From: Acidobacteriota bacterium
Lineage (GTDB): Bacteria > Acidobacteriota > UBA6911 > RPQK01 > JAJDTT01
Direction: 5' to 3'
Length of the DNA stretch: 64,000 bases
NCBI GenBank assembly: GCA_965263035.1
Contig: OZ253580.1
Coordinates: 1,728,001-1,792,000, forward strand
Made by a program: the position numbers and the translations under genes. This document shows, one piece after another, positions 10,886-19,998 of this stretch. The first letter of the stretch is position 1. Every line of letters starts with the position of its first letter. The notes beneath the pieces are model-generated. The model was not told the DNA's origin. It worked only from the letters and a program-made list of their open reading frames with translations, and ran no database searches.

Positions 10886-12304
10886 GGCTCTCCTCCGTAC
10901 ACCAGGTTCCATCTATTCCGGCCCCGGCGGCCAGTTCAGCCGTGGATTCGACGAAATGGATGGCATTACTTGCAACACGAGATGCGCCGGCCCGCCTCAC
11001 CTCCGGAACGCGAAGCTGAAGAGGGACGCCTCCTGGAGCCGGAAGCGCAGGACGACCGGTTGCCCCGCCCAGCGGGACAGATCCGGGCTCCCGGGAAAGG
11101 ACAGCTCCTGGCGTAGCGAATCGCCGGTGAAGCGGGTGGACGGCCGCAATTCCTCGATCGGCCGGCCGGCCACGTCCAGGATCTCCACCGTAATCCACCC
11201 TTGGGGCCGGGTCTGGGCGTTGAGCACCAGACGGGAACCGGAAAAGGTGACCGGCACCGTGGTGAGAACGCCTTCCCGGGCGCCCGCATCCACCGAGACG
11301 AACCGATCCAGGGGCCAGGTCGCCAAGCCGATGGAGGCCGTGATCCGTCCCCGGCCGGTGGGCCGGCCGTCCTCGAAGGCGGCTCGATAGAGGGCGGGTG
11401 TGCCGTGGGTGTAGTTGGCGCCGTCGTAGTAGACCCGTATCTCGTCGCCCACCCGGAGGGCCCGGTTGCCGGTGGCCTGGTAGCAGCAGTCCCATTCCCC
11501 CATGTCACCCATGGGAATGACCGGCGTGCGAAAGGGCCTCTCCCAGTGGAAGAGATCCCGGGAGACGGCCAGTTGGACCTCCTGGGGTCCCTCGTGGTTG
11601 CCCCAGCGCGCGTTGTTGTTGATGGTGAAGATCCAGGGGAACCCGATGGTGCAGCTCTCGGCCGTGTAGACGCCGATGCCGTAATACTCCGTTCGCATGA
11701 GCTGGGGATCGTCGGGCCGATCCAGGACGGACCGGACGTGCTCGAGCCGGGCCAGGGATCCGGCGTCGTCCCGGGCGTCGGTGGTCCAGGTGAGGACCGG
11801 CTCCGTCCAGGCGACGAAGTCTCGGCTGGTGATGGTGTAGAAGAGGCGCCGCTTGTGACCCAGCCAGTAGGTGCGGGCCCGGTTCCCCACTTTGGGAAAC
11901 ATGACGAAGAGGCTCCGGCGCTCATCCCAGAATCCGGTGGTGGCGTCGGAGAAATCGGGCCAGACCGACCCCTGGCTGTAGGGACGCCAGTGGAGTCCGT
12001 CCGGGGAGACGTAGGTCTTCCCGTGGGAGCCCATCATCTTGTAGCGGCGGTTGGGATCGGGGTCCCGGGAATCCTTGACCACGTTGCCCAGGGTGGTCCC
12101 GGTGAGAACGGCGTTGTGGGGCTGGCCGTTGTTGGAGGGCAAAGTCCCCACCAGGGGCTTCTCCCATCGGATCCCGTCCCGGCTGGTGGCATAGCAGATG
12201 AAGTAGCGGGATTCGAAGTAGTCCCGGGAGTCTCCCGCGTCCCCCAGGTACCACATCTTGAAGGGGATTATATACGAAAGTGCCGAAAAAGTTGCCCGTA
12301 GGGG

Positions 12305-12333
12305 TTGACAATCCCGGAACTTTCCTATATAAT
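12305..12333 (+). promoter_or_regulatory. Consensus sigma70 promoter of the IS1595 transposase
   Basis: TTGACA (12305-12310), 17 bp, TATAAT (12328-12333); AGGAGG RBS before ATG 12359. Confidence 0.8.
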
Positions 12334-12358
12334 ATGTCTTGTAAGTCAGGAGGCTGCA

Positions 12359-13309
12359 ATGAGTTACGAGACACGGAACAAGGCACCCGGCAAGGCGTTC
12401 CGAGAGGGACTTTCACTTCGCGGATTCTTCAAGAGATTTCCCGACGATAAAGCCGCTGAGGAATGGTTCATAAAGCAGCGGTGGCCGGAGGAAGTCTGTT
12501 GCGTCCATTGCGGCTCCACCAACGTCCAGACCGGAGCCAAGCATCCTTCCATGCCGTATCGTTGCCGCGATTGCGGCAAGCGGTTCAGCGTCCGGGTCGG
12601 GACGGTTATGCAGTCCTCCAAACTCGGCTATCAGACTTGGTTGCTTGCGACCTACCTCCTTACTACCAGCCTCAAGAGCGTTTCCTCCATGAAGCTGCAT
12701 CGTGACCTGGACGTAACACAGAAGACGGCTTGGCACCTTGCTCACCGGATACGGAAAGGTCTGAACCTGACTGGAATGGCCCTGTTCTCCGGCCCGGTCG
12801 AGGCTGACGAGGCGTATCTCGGCGGAAAGCGGAAGAATATGCCGAAGGCCAAACGCGCCAAACTGAAGGGACGTGGAGCCGTTGGAAAGACGGCCGTGGC
12901 TGCCGTCAAAGATCGCCCCTCCAACCAAGTGTCGGCCCGAGTCGTCCCTGACACCAAGTCTGAAACCCTCTCCCGTTTCGTCTTGGAGCACGTGGGAGAA
13001 GATGCCAAGATCTACACGGACGATTCAACCTCTTACGGCCGGCTTGTCCATCACGAGACGGTCAGACATTCTCTTCAGGAGTACGTCAAAGGCAACTGCC
13101 ACACCAACGGAGCCGAATCGTTCTGGTCCATGTTGAAGCGGAGTTACCACGGAACCTTTCACCACTTCTCGGAACAGCACACCGACCGATACGTTGGAGA
13201 GTTTGCCGCACGTCACAACCTAAGGCGCATGGACACGTTGGATCAAATGGCCCTGGTCGCTGACCGGATGGTGGGAAAGCGGCTGCGTTACAAGGATTTG
13301 GTGGGTTGA
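12359..13309 (+). CDS. IS1595-family DDE transposase
   Basis: Zn ribbon CVHCGS...YRCRDCGKRFS, VEADEAYLGG, IYTDD, HTNGAESFWSMLKR. Confidence 0.95.
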   Translation: MSYETRNKAPGKAFREGLSLRGFFKRFPDDKAAEEWFIKQRWPEEVCCVHCGSTNVQTGAKHPSMPYRCRDCGKRFSVRVGTVMQSSKLGYQTWLLATYLLTTSLKSVSSMKLHRDLDVTQKTAWHLAHRIRKGLNLTGMALFSGPVEADEAYLGGKRKNMPKAKRAKLKGRGAVGKTAVAAVKDRPSNQVSARVVPDTKSETLSRFVLEHVGEDAKIYTDDSTSYGRLVHHETVRHSLQEYVKGNCHTNGAESFWSMLKRSYHGTFHHFSEQHTDRYVGEFAARHNLRRMDTLDQMALVADRMVGKRLRYKDLVG

Positions 13310-13811
13310 ACGAAAATCGACTGATCTTTGGAGACAACCTTGAAGTCATGCGGGAGGATGTCCCGGATGAATCCGTTGGGAACACACCCAATACATTGGC
13401 CTTCCCCATACCATCACACACGCTCAGGAGCTTGCCAGCATCGATAAATTCCGGTTTGAGAGGTGGGCTGCTGCTCTGGTGGACGGTATGGAGCCGAACC
13501 GAATCCAGAGACGGGATGGCGGAATTGACGGCGTGGGACGGCTCCCGATCCGCCAGGGCCGGTTCATTGACATCGTTTCTCAGGTCAAAGGCGGCTCTAC
13601 CAATCCCGGACACGTCCAAGCCTTCAACGGCGCACGTCAACAGGCCGGAGCTGATCTCGGCATCTTCACCTGCTTTCGAGACAGAGTGACCAACGGCATG
13701 AGAAATGCCGCCGTCAACGCCGGACGCTTCATGGACCTGCCCAAGATTCAAATCTACACGCCGGAAGACTCCTTTGAGGGGAAGCAACCTAGGATGCCGA
13801 GGGCCGCATGA
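13306..13811 (+). pseudogene. Internally deleted DNA methyltransferase / Mrr-like endonuclease fusion (IS passenger)
   Basis: MTase-type start NRLIFGDNLEVMRED.PDESV breaks at ~13378 before the expected DPP(F/Y) motif. Another frame continues as IGLP...DKFRFERWA...DGGIDG...SQVKGG...PKIQIYT (Mrr-type PD-(D/E)xK C-terminus). Confidence 0.7.
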
Positions 13812-13990
13812 AGAAACCCAGACACAATCCCCAACATCCCACCATCGAACTGGTCAAGGATTCCTACCAACCGACCAAGGCCGAACTGGAACAGGATATG
13901 CGCGTGGAAGCAGACTTCGAGGAGCTGGCCCGTGCATTGGTCCAGCCCGTGAATATCAGATGGATAGACCGGCCACGGAACCGGCGTTAA
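13808..13990 (+). CDS. Small hypothetical protein at the IS1595 right end
   Basis: 60 aa, coupled (ATGA) to the upstream remnant, ends just inside the IR. Confidence 0.6.
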   Translation: MKKPRHNPQHPTIELVKDSYQPTKAELEQDMRVEADFEELARALVQPVNIRWIDRPRNRR

Positions 13991-14339
13991 TGCTCAGGTT
14001 TCGGCACTTTCGTATATAATCCCCATCTTGAAGATCCCCTCTTCCTGGTCGTAAATGACCGTTCCGTGCATCTCCAGGCGCCACCCCTCCCAGGGCCGGT
14101 CGGCCAGGATGAGGGGGTTCTCGGGGTGGGGACGGCCCGAATGCTGGGTGAAGAAGACCCGGTCCGCCTTGTGCACCAGGATCCGGTCCACGAAGAGCTG
14201 CGCGCGGTCGCCGACGTCGAAGGGGGATTCGGCGGCCAACCCGGTGGCAGCAAAGAGCAGGAGGACGACAACCAGACCGGAGAACCGCCGGCGATCGAGA
14301 CCAATCATCGCCACCTCCATCGGATGGGTGCTCAGGAGG

Positions 14340-15338
14340 TCAGGCGCGAATTGCCGCCTCGTCCCTCCGGATGTGCTGCCAGTTGAATTCGGTCTCGCTC
14401 ATGGGGGAGTCGGGGAAGGGCTGCCAGACCTGGGTCCGCTCCTTCTTGCCCAGGGCCCGGGCCATCTCCGCCATGTGACTGCCGATGCATCCGCAGCATC
14501 CCCCGATGAAGCTGACCCCCAGGTCACGGGCCTTGGGGGCAAACTCTCCCATCTGGTAGCGGGTCAGCAAAGTCTTCTCCAGTTGATCGGGAAAGGCCGG
14601 ATTGGCGGTGAACCAGGGGACCTGGTCGGTGCAGGCGAAGGCCACGGGCTGCGCCGCCAGGTAGACGTCGGTGGCCTCCCGCATCTCGTCGATGATGGGA
14701 TAGGTTCGGTCGGGGTCCCGCATGCAGTTGGTCCCCACGATGTCCGCCCCCTCAGCCGTGAGGATGCGGGCGCACTCGGAGGGGGAGTAGCCGTCCACCG
14801 TCTTCTCGCCGCTCCGGAAGGAGACGGTGATCATGGCCGGGACCGTGCTGTGCTGCTTGATCGTCTCCAGACAGAGACGGGCCTCTCCCAGATACCAGAA
14901 GGTCTCTCCGATGATGAAGTCGACCCCCTCCTGGGCCTCGATCTGCTCCTGGAACATGGCCGCCACCAGATCCCGGGCGCTGGGGCTGTCCGCCTCCCAT
15001 TTCCAGGTGGCGCAGAGGTCCCCCGCCACCAGGGCCTCGTCTCCCGCCACCTCCCGGCAGATCTGGGCGGCCTTCCGGTTGATCTCGATGGTCTGGTGGT
15101 CCCGGCCCACCGTGGCCAGCTTCTCGCGGCTCCCGTAGAAGGCCATGACCTGCAGCACCTCGGCGCCGGCGTTGAGAAACTCGACGTGGAGCTGCCGGAT
15201 GGCCTCGGGATGGTCCAGAACGAAGTGGGGCGTGAAGGCCCCGGCCGTTCCGTATCCCCGGCGTTCCAGCTCGATGATGTAGCCGCCGTCACAGAGGACG
15301 GGTCCCGCAGCCAGCCTTTCCAGGATGTTTCGATTCAT
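14340..15338 (-). CDS. Homocysteine S-methyltransferase family (BHMT-like)
   Basis: VLCDGG, QLHVEFLNAGAEV, IIGETF, VGTNC, FIGGCCG Zn-binding cysteines. Confidence 0.9.
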   Translation of the reverse strand: MNRNILERLAAGPVLCDGGYIIELERRGYGTAGAFTPHFVLDHPEAIRQLHVEFLNAGAEVLQVMAFYGSREKLATVGRDHQTIEINRKAAQICREVAGDEALVAGDLCATWKWEADSPSARDLVAAMFQEQIEAQEGVDFIIGETFWYLGEARLCLETIKQHSTVPAMITVSFRSGEKTVDGYSPSECARILTAEGADIVGTNCMRDPDRTYPIIDEMREATDVYLAAQPVAFACTDQVPWFTANPAFPDQLEKTLLTRYQMGEFAPKARDLGVSFIGGCCGCIGSHMAEMARALGKKERTQVWQPFPDSPMSETEFNWQHIRRDEAAIRA

Positions 15339-15495
15339 GACAAGACCCCCTTTCCGTTCTCGTTTCCAAGCCGGGCGCGTGCTCGAAAGATCTCGACAAA
15401 AAGCGCGTAAGCGACTGAGGAAAACACTCATTCATAATACACTCATCGAACCGGTGAGGAACTCGTGCAAGCCCCGGGCAGAGGTTTCGACTGAG

Positions 15496-16848
15496 ATGTA
15501 TGGCAGAAGACTGTCGAGGCGGGACCTGCTGAGCCGGATGGGCGCCGTCGCCGCCGGCCTGGGATGGAGTTGGCATCCGGGCCTTGTTGCAGCGGCGGGA
15601 AGTCCCGCCGGGTCCTTCCTTCTCTCCCGCCAGGGATGCGGCCGGGCCACGGGGTACTCCGAATCCAACAAGATCGTCACCTGGCGCCGCCGGACTCACG
15701 TGGCCTGGTTGGATTCACCCCCGGAGGGTTTCCGGGTCCGGGTTCGAAGCTGCGATCGAGGCACCGGGGAGTGGTCTCCCACCGTCACCGCCGGTCACGC
15801 CCATGACAATCACGGAGGGCCCGCGTTCACCGTCGACAGCGCAGGCTATCTCCACATCGTCTACTATCCCCACCACCATGCCATGTGCTACCGCCGATCG
15901 CGCCGGCCCGGGGATTCCTCCGAGTGGGAGGAAGAGGTCCGATTCGGCGAGCGCCTGACCTATCCGACGCTGGTTTGCGGCCCGGACGACACCTTGTTGC
16001 TGAGCGCCCGCCGCAGCTTCGCGAATCGTCCCTGGGAGGTGGAACTGTGGGAGCGGCAGCGGGGCCGGCAGTGGCAGCGCCGACGTGCCCTTTTGAAGTC
16101 ACGCCACCCCGGTTACTCCCATTTTCAGGAGTCTCTCGCCTGGGGGCCCGATCACCGGACGCTCCATCTGTGCTGCCGGTTCCACGAACGGTCGGACAGC
16201 CAGGCTTACGGCCGTCTGCAGACGGTGGCCTACCTGGTGAGTCCCGACGCCGGCCGGACCTGGAACCGCAGTGACGGAACTCCGGTCTCCCTCCCGGCGA
16301 CGCCCGACTCCGCCGAGGTCCTGGCCCGGGGGGGAGTGGACCAGAGCAGACTTCTCCGGGCAGGAGCCCTGTCCGTGGATGCCGGCGGGCGGCCCCACGC
16401 CGTCTACAGTGATGAAGAGGGGGGCCGCTCCCGGCTGATCCTGGCTCGCCCCAACGGCGACGGAAGCTGGGACCGCACGGATCTGAGCCGGTTCCTGCCC
16501 GTGCAGTGGAAGGATCGGCTCCTGCTGGCGCCGGCGGGGGTCACATTTACCTCGAGCGGCGAGATGGTCATCGCGGCACAGATCGAGCCACCCGTGGACG
16601 GCTCCTCCTCCTGGGGCGGTTCCGGAAACGAAGTCGTGGCCTTCAGGTCTCCGGACGGAGGAAGGAGTTTCACGGTTTCCCCGATCAGCCGGCCGGATGG
16701 GAACCGGGCGCACTGGCTGCCCAATATCGAGCGACCCACCGGCCACAACCGGGTTCCGGGGAAGCCCGGCCTTATTTACACCGGAGGCGGTCCGGGCACC
16801 AAGAATACGGATCTCCTGTCCAACCAGGTTTTCTTCTCCTGGGGATGA
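15496..16848 (+). CDS. Tat-exported BNR-repeat (BNR_4-like) protein
   Basis: SRRDLL twin-arginine signal; HDNHGGP..VDSAGYLH, YPTL, VSPDAGRTW and SPDGGRSF Asp-boxes. Confidence 0.8.
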   Translation: MYGRRLSRRDLLSRMGAVAAGLGWSWHPGLVAAAGSPAGSFLLSRQGCGRATGYSESNKIVTWRRRTHVAWLDSPPEGFRVRVRSCDRGTGEWSPTVTAGHAHDNHGGPAFTVDSAGYLHIVYYPHHHAMCYRRSRRPGDSSEWEEEVRFGERLTYPTLVCGPDDTLLLSARRSFANRPWEVELWERQRGRQWQRRRALLKSRHPGYSHFQESLAWGPDHRTLHLCCRFHERSDSQAYGRLQTVAYLVSPDAGRTWNRSDGTPVSLPATPDSAEVLARGGVDQSRLLRAGALSVDAGGRPHAVYSDEEGGRSRLILARPNGDGSWDRTDLSRFLPVQWKDRLLLAPAGVTFTSSGEMVIAAQIEPPVDGSSSWGGSGNEVVAFRSPDGGRSFTVSPISRPDGNRAHWLPNIERPTGHNRVPGKPGLIYTGGGPGTKNTDLLSNQVFFSWG

Positions 16849-16854
16849 TGCCCC

Positions 16855-17688
16855 ATGCTCGTCATCGACTGCCACGCCCACATCTACTCGCCGGACGAAG
16901 AGCGCTACCCGCCGGTAGCACAGCCCCTGCGGGTACCGGGGGGAGGAGGCTCTATCCAAGACCTGCGGGCCGTGATGCGGGCCAACGGCGTCGCGGCGGT
17001 CCGGGCCGTTCAGACCGTCTCCTTTTACGGATACGACAACCGCTATCTTGCCGATGTCTGCCGCGCGAACCCCGGCTGGGTCAGCGGGCTGTGCACGTTG
17101 GATCCCGACGATCCGCGAAGTCCGGCGATGCTCTGGGACCTGGTGCAGAAGCATGGGGTCCGGGCGCTACGGAGCATTCCGGCGGAGTCCCGGACCCGGT
17201 TCGATCATCCGGCGGTGCGGCGGCTCTGGCAGGCCGCTCACGAGCTGGGGATCACCGTCGACATCTTCCTCATGCAGTTGGAATGGGTGGAGGATGCCGA
17301 GAGGCTGCTGCAAGAGTTCGCCCACCTCACCGTGGCCTTCTGCCACTGTCTGGATCTGAAGCCGGGGGAAGAGTACCAGCGGAGGCTGGACGCCGTCTTG
17401 CGGCTGGCCCGGTTCCCCAATCTGATCGCCAAAGTGGACTTCATCAGTACCGGGACCGAGAAGGGTTTCCCGGGAGACGATCTCCACGAGGCGGCTCTCA
17501 AGATCATCGAGGCCTACGGGGCCGAGCGCTGTGTCTGGGGAAGCAACTACCCGAACCGTCTCTGGACACCCAAAATGAGCTATGCGGAACATCTCCGGAT
17601 TTTTCGCGAGGTCCTGCCGCTGAAGGAAGAGGATCGCCGGCAGATCCTGGGTGATAATGCGCGGCGGCTCTGGTTTCCGGAGCTGTAG
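16855..17688 (+). CDS. Amidohydrolase family protein (lactonase-like)
   Basis: IDCHAHIY metal motif, YGAERCVWGSNYP, ILGDNARRL. Confidence 0.9.
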   Translation: MLVIDCHAHIYSPDEERYPPVAQPLRVPGGGGSIQDLRAVMRANGVAAVRAVQTVSFYGYDNRYLADVCRANPGWVSGLCTLDPDDPRSPAMLWDLVQKHGVRALRSIPAESRTRFDHPAVRRLWQAAHELGITVDIFLMQLEWVEDAERLLQEFAHLTVAFCHCLDLKPGEEYQRRLDAVLRLARFPNLIAKVDFISTGTEKGFPGDDLHEAALKIIEAYGAERCVWGSNYPNRLWTPKMSYAEHLRIFREVLPLKEEDRRQILGDNARRLWFPEL

Positions 17689-17814
17689 CGGCCGGTCGGC
17701 CCGGGTCGGGGTTTGAGGTGTGGGCACGATTGCGCGGATTGGAGCGAAGAGGCGGCGACAAGAAAGTCGCCGCTCCCATTCGGCGGCAAGAAAGCCGCCG
17801 CTTGTCTGTTTAAA

Positions 17815-17982
17815 TGGGGCCGTCCGGGTCGCTCATGAGCGACCCGGACGGCGGTGGCTGGACCGTACCGCCGCGGACTGTTACGAACCGTATGGGAGTG
17901 AGGTCGGCCACCGTCTTTCCCGATGTCCTGAATGGATACGAGGGCATCAAGGCCCGAATGACAAGCACAGGAGACAGGAAAG
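17815..17982 (+). ncRNA. Predicted IS110 bridge RNA
   Basis: 5' hairpin 17819-17852. Target loop with ACCGCCGC (17867-74) and ATGGGAG (17892-98). Donor loop with ATGGATAC (17932-39) and GACAAG (17960-65). These match the observed target and donor junctions. Confidence 0.85.
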
Positions 17983-18930
17983 ATGAAACAGCATACCGTA
18001 GGCATCGACATCTCGAAAGCGCACCTGGACGCGCACCGGCTGGCCGACGGCCATTCCGCCCAGTTCGACAATGACCCGGCCGGCTTCCGGGCGCTGATTG
18101 ATTGGATCGGAACTCCGGTCGAGTGCGTCGCGTACGAGGCCACCGGTCCCTACCACCGGGACCTCGAGGAAGCGCTGTCCAAAGCGAAGCTGCCGCTGGC
18201 GAAGGTGAACCCCTGGCAGGCGCGGCGCTTCGCCGAGGCGACCGGGAGCCGCGCCAAGACCGACGCCGTAGACGCTCGGAAACTGGCCCAGCTGGCCGCC
18301 ACGCTGGAGCCGCGCCGGACCCAGGTGCCGTCCAAAACGCAACGCCGGCTCCAGGATCTGCAGACGTCCCGGGACGCGCTGATGCGCCAGCGCACGGCCG
18401 CGCTCAACCGCCGCCGACAGCTCCGCGAACCCCTGCTCAAACAGCAGAACCAGATCCAGATCAACATGTTCGAGCGCCACCTGCGCGCCATCGACCGCAA
18501 AATGCAGCAGCTGATTGCGGCCGACGAGGCGCGGGCCCGCAAGTTGGAGATCCTCACCTCCATCCCGGGGATCGCGGCCACCACCGCCGCCGGTCTGCTG
18601 GCCGAGATGCCCGAGCTGGGCGCCCTCAGCGGCAAGGCCGCCGCCAGTCTGGCCGGGTTGGCCGCCGTTCCGCGCGAGTCGGGGGCTTGGCAGGGCCGGG
18701 CCTTCATCCGGGGCGGACGGGCGCGGGCGCGACGGCTCCTGTACATGCCGGCGGTGGCCGCCCTGCGTTGGAACCCCGACTTGGCCGAGGTGTACCGGAG
18801 GCTGAGCGAGCGCGGCAAGCCCGGCAAGGTGGCCCTCGTCGCCGTCATGCGCAAGCTTATCGTCCTGGCCAACACCCTCGTCCGGCAGGACCGCACCTGG
18901 TTGCCCGTAGCGCCCCGAGCGACCTTCTGA
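17983..18930 (+). CDS. IS110-family DEDD recombinase/transposase
   Basis: VGIDISK, YEATG, KTDAVDA (DEDD); SIPGI...AGLAAVPRESG Tnp domain with catalytic Ser; VAVMRKL. Confidence 0.95.
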   Translation: MKQHTVGIDISKAHLDAHRLADGHSAQFDNDPAGFRALIDWIGTPVECVAYEATGPYHRDLEEALSKAKLPLAKVNPWQARRFAEATGSRAKTDAVDARKLAQLAATLEPRRTQVPSKTQRRLQDLQTSRDALMRQRTAALNRRRQLREPLLKQQNQIQINMFERHLRAIDRKMQQLIAADEARARKLEILTSIPGIAATTAAGLLAEMPELGALSGKAAASLAGLAAVPRESGAWQGRAFIRGGRARARRLLYMPAVAALRWNPDLAEVYRRLSERGKPGKVALVAVMRKLIVLANTLVRQDRTWLPVAPRATF

Positions 18931-19386
18931 GGCCACGGAGAAACCCCGTGAGGAAAGGGAGCGTGTGGACCCCCTGATGGCCGTCTGTCGAACTTCCGGT
19001 CAAGTCTGGCCGGAAGCTTGCTTACGGCCATGAAAGCTCTTCACGCCCTGGGGAGCGCCGGGTCACCCGAAGGGTCGCAGCGAAGCGGAGGAGCCGGAGG
19101 CTTGACCCGACGCTCCCCAGGGCGTATCCGGACCTCCCGGAGGACTGACGTCGACGATCTCAGGTCCCTCGATCCAGTTATCGGTCCACTCATCGCCCCC
19201 TGCACGGCGCCCGGCGGATCCAGCTCGATCTCCGCCTCACCTCCGGCGGAAGAACGCTCCTCCTAACCCTGTGCCCTTTGGACCGGACAGATCACGTACT
19301 AACGACACGGGATGGAAACACCGATTAGCACCCACCACTTGCAACATGGATACTCCCATTTGGCGGCAAGAAAGTCGCCGCTCCCG

Positions 19387-19998
19387 CTACGCGACGATCT
19401 GCAGGCCGTATTCCCGGGCCGAGTGATGGAGCCATAGGCCCAGATAGTCGGCGAAGCTGCGGCGGACGATCACGTCGAAGGACTGGGAGTCGGAACCTTT
19501 GCCCCTGGGAATCAGTACGACTCCGGCCTTGCCCAGATTGGTCTGGGCACATTGGCCGGGGGAGGAGCTCCTGGGGTGCAGGTCCAGAGTGCATCCCTTG
19601 GCCAGAAGTTCCCGCCTCCGGGGGCCGGAAACGTTCACCAGGGTGTAGCCACCCGTGGTGTCGACGGCAGAGGCGTGGTGCTCCCCCAGAGCCTCCCTCA
19701 GGTCAGTCACGCACCGGGTCTGCGCGCCGGGACGGAGGACGAGCAACCACTCGTCGGGGCCCATCCAGCAGACGGTGACGTCCTCGCCTTCGGCGATGGT
19801 GTTGGGATCGACCGGGAGGCCCATGTCCAGAACTCCCTCCACCGCGGCCAGAAATGGTGCATCGCCGGCATCGCCCCGCAGATTCACGTAGCCCAGAAAG
19901 GGCCGCTCAGTGAGTACGACGCCAGGACTGCCGGTGTCTCCCGCGGCTGTGCTCGACAGGACCCCGACAAAGGGGGACTCTTGCCTGAGGTCAGACAT
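19387..19998 (-). CDS. soxG: Sarcosine oxidase gamma subunit
   Basis: NLRG, WMGPDEWL, LLAKGCTLDLHP, CAQT, VRRSFADYL; operon position. Confidence 0.92.
   Translation of the reverse strand: MSDLRQESPFVGVLSSTAAGDTGSPGVVLTERPFLGYVNLRGDAGDAPFLAAVEGVLDMGLPVDPNTIAEGEDVTVCWMGPDEWLLVLRPGAQTRCVTDLREALGEHHASAVDTTGGYTLVNVSGPRRRELLAKGCTLDLHPRSSSPGQCAQTNLGKAGVVLIPRGKGSDSQSFDVIVRRSFADYLGLWLHHSAREYGLQIVA

Larger units (their letters stand above)
12263..14024 (+). mobile_element. IS1595-family element with passenger genes
   Basis: Perfect 26-bp terminal IRs GGGGATTATATACGAAAGTGCCGAAA; 8-bp TSD ATCTTGAA at 12255-12262 and 14025-14032. Confidence 0.95.
10997..14308 (-). pseudogene. Five-bladed beta-propeller glycoside hydrolase-like gene split by IS1595
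   Basis: N-terminal part 14025..14308 (QLFVD...PLILADRPWEG...GTVIYDQEEGIFKM) joins the C-terminal part (WYLGD...YATSRDGIRWEKP) in frame once 12263..14024 plus one TSD copy is removed. Confidence 0.85.
17803..19354 (+). mobile_element. IS110-family (IS621-like) element inserted in a REP, CT core duplicated
   Basis: Left junction GCCGCCG-CT-TGTCTG (core 17801-2); right junction ATGGATA-CT-CCCATT (core 19353-4). Removing the element restores the REP GCCGCCGCTCCCATT. Confidence 0.9.

Noticed and set aside
17741-17802. Tandem GGCGRCAAGAAAGYCGCCGCT units as a possible CRISPR array
   Set aside because: No unique spacers and no cas genes; they belong to the REP family
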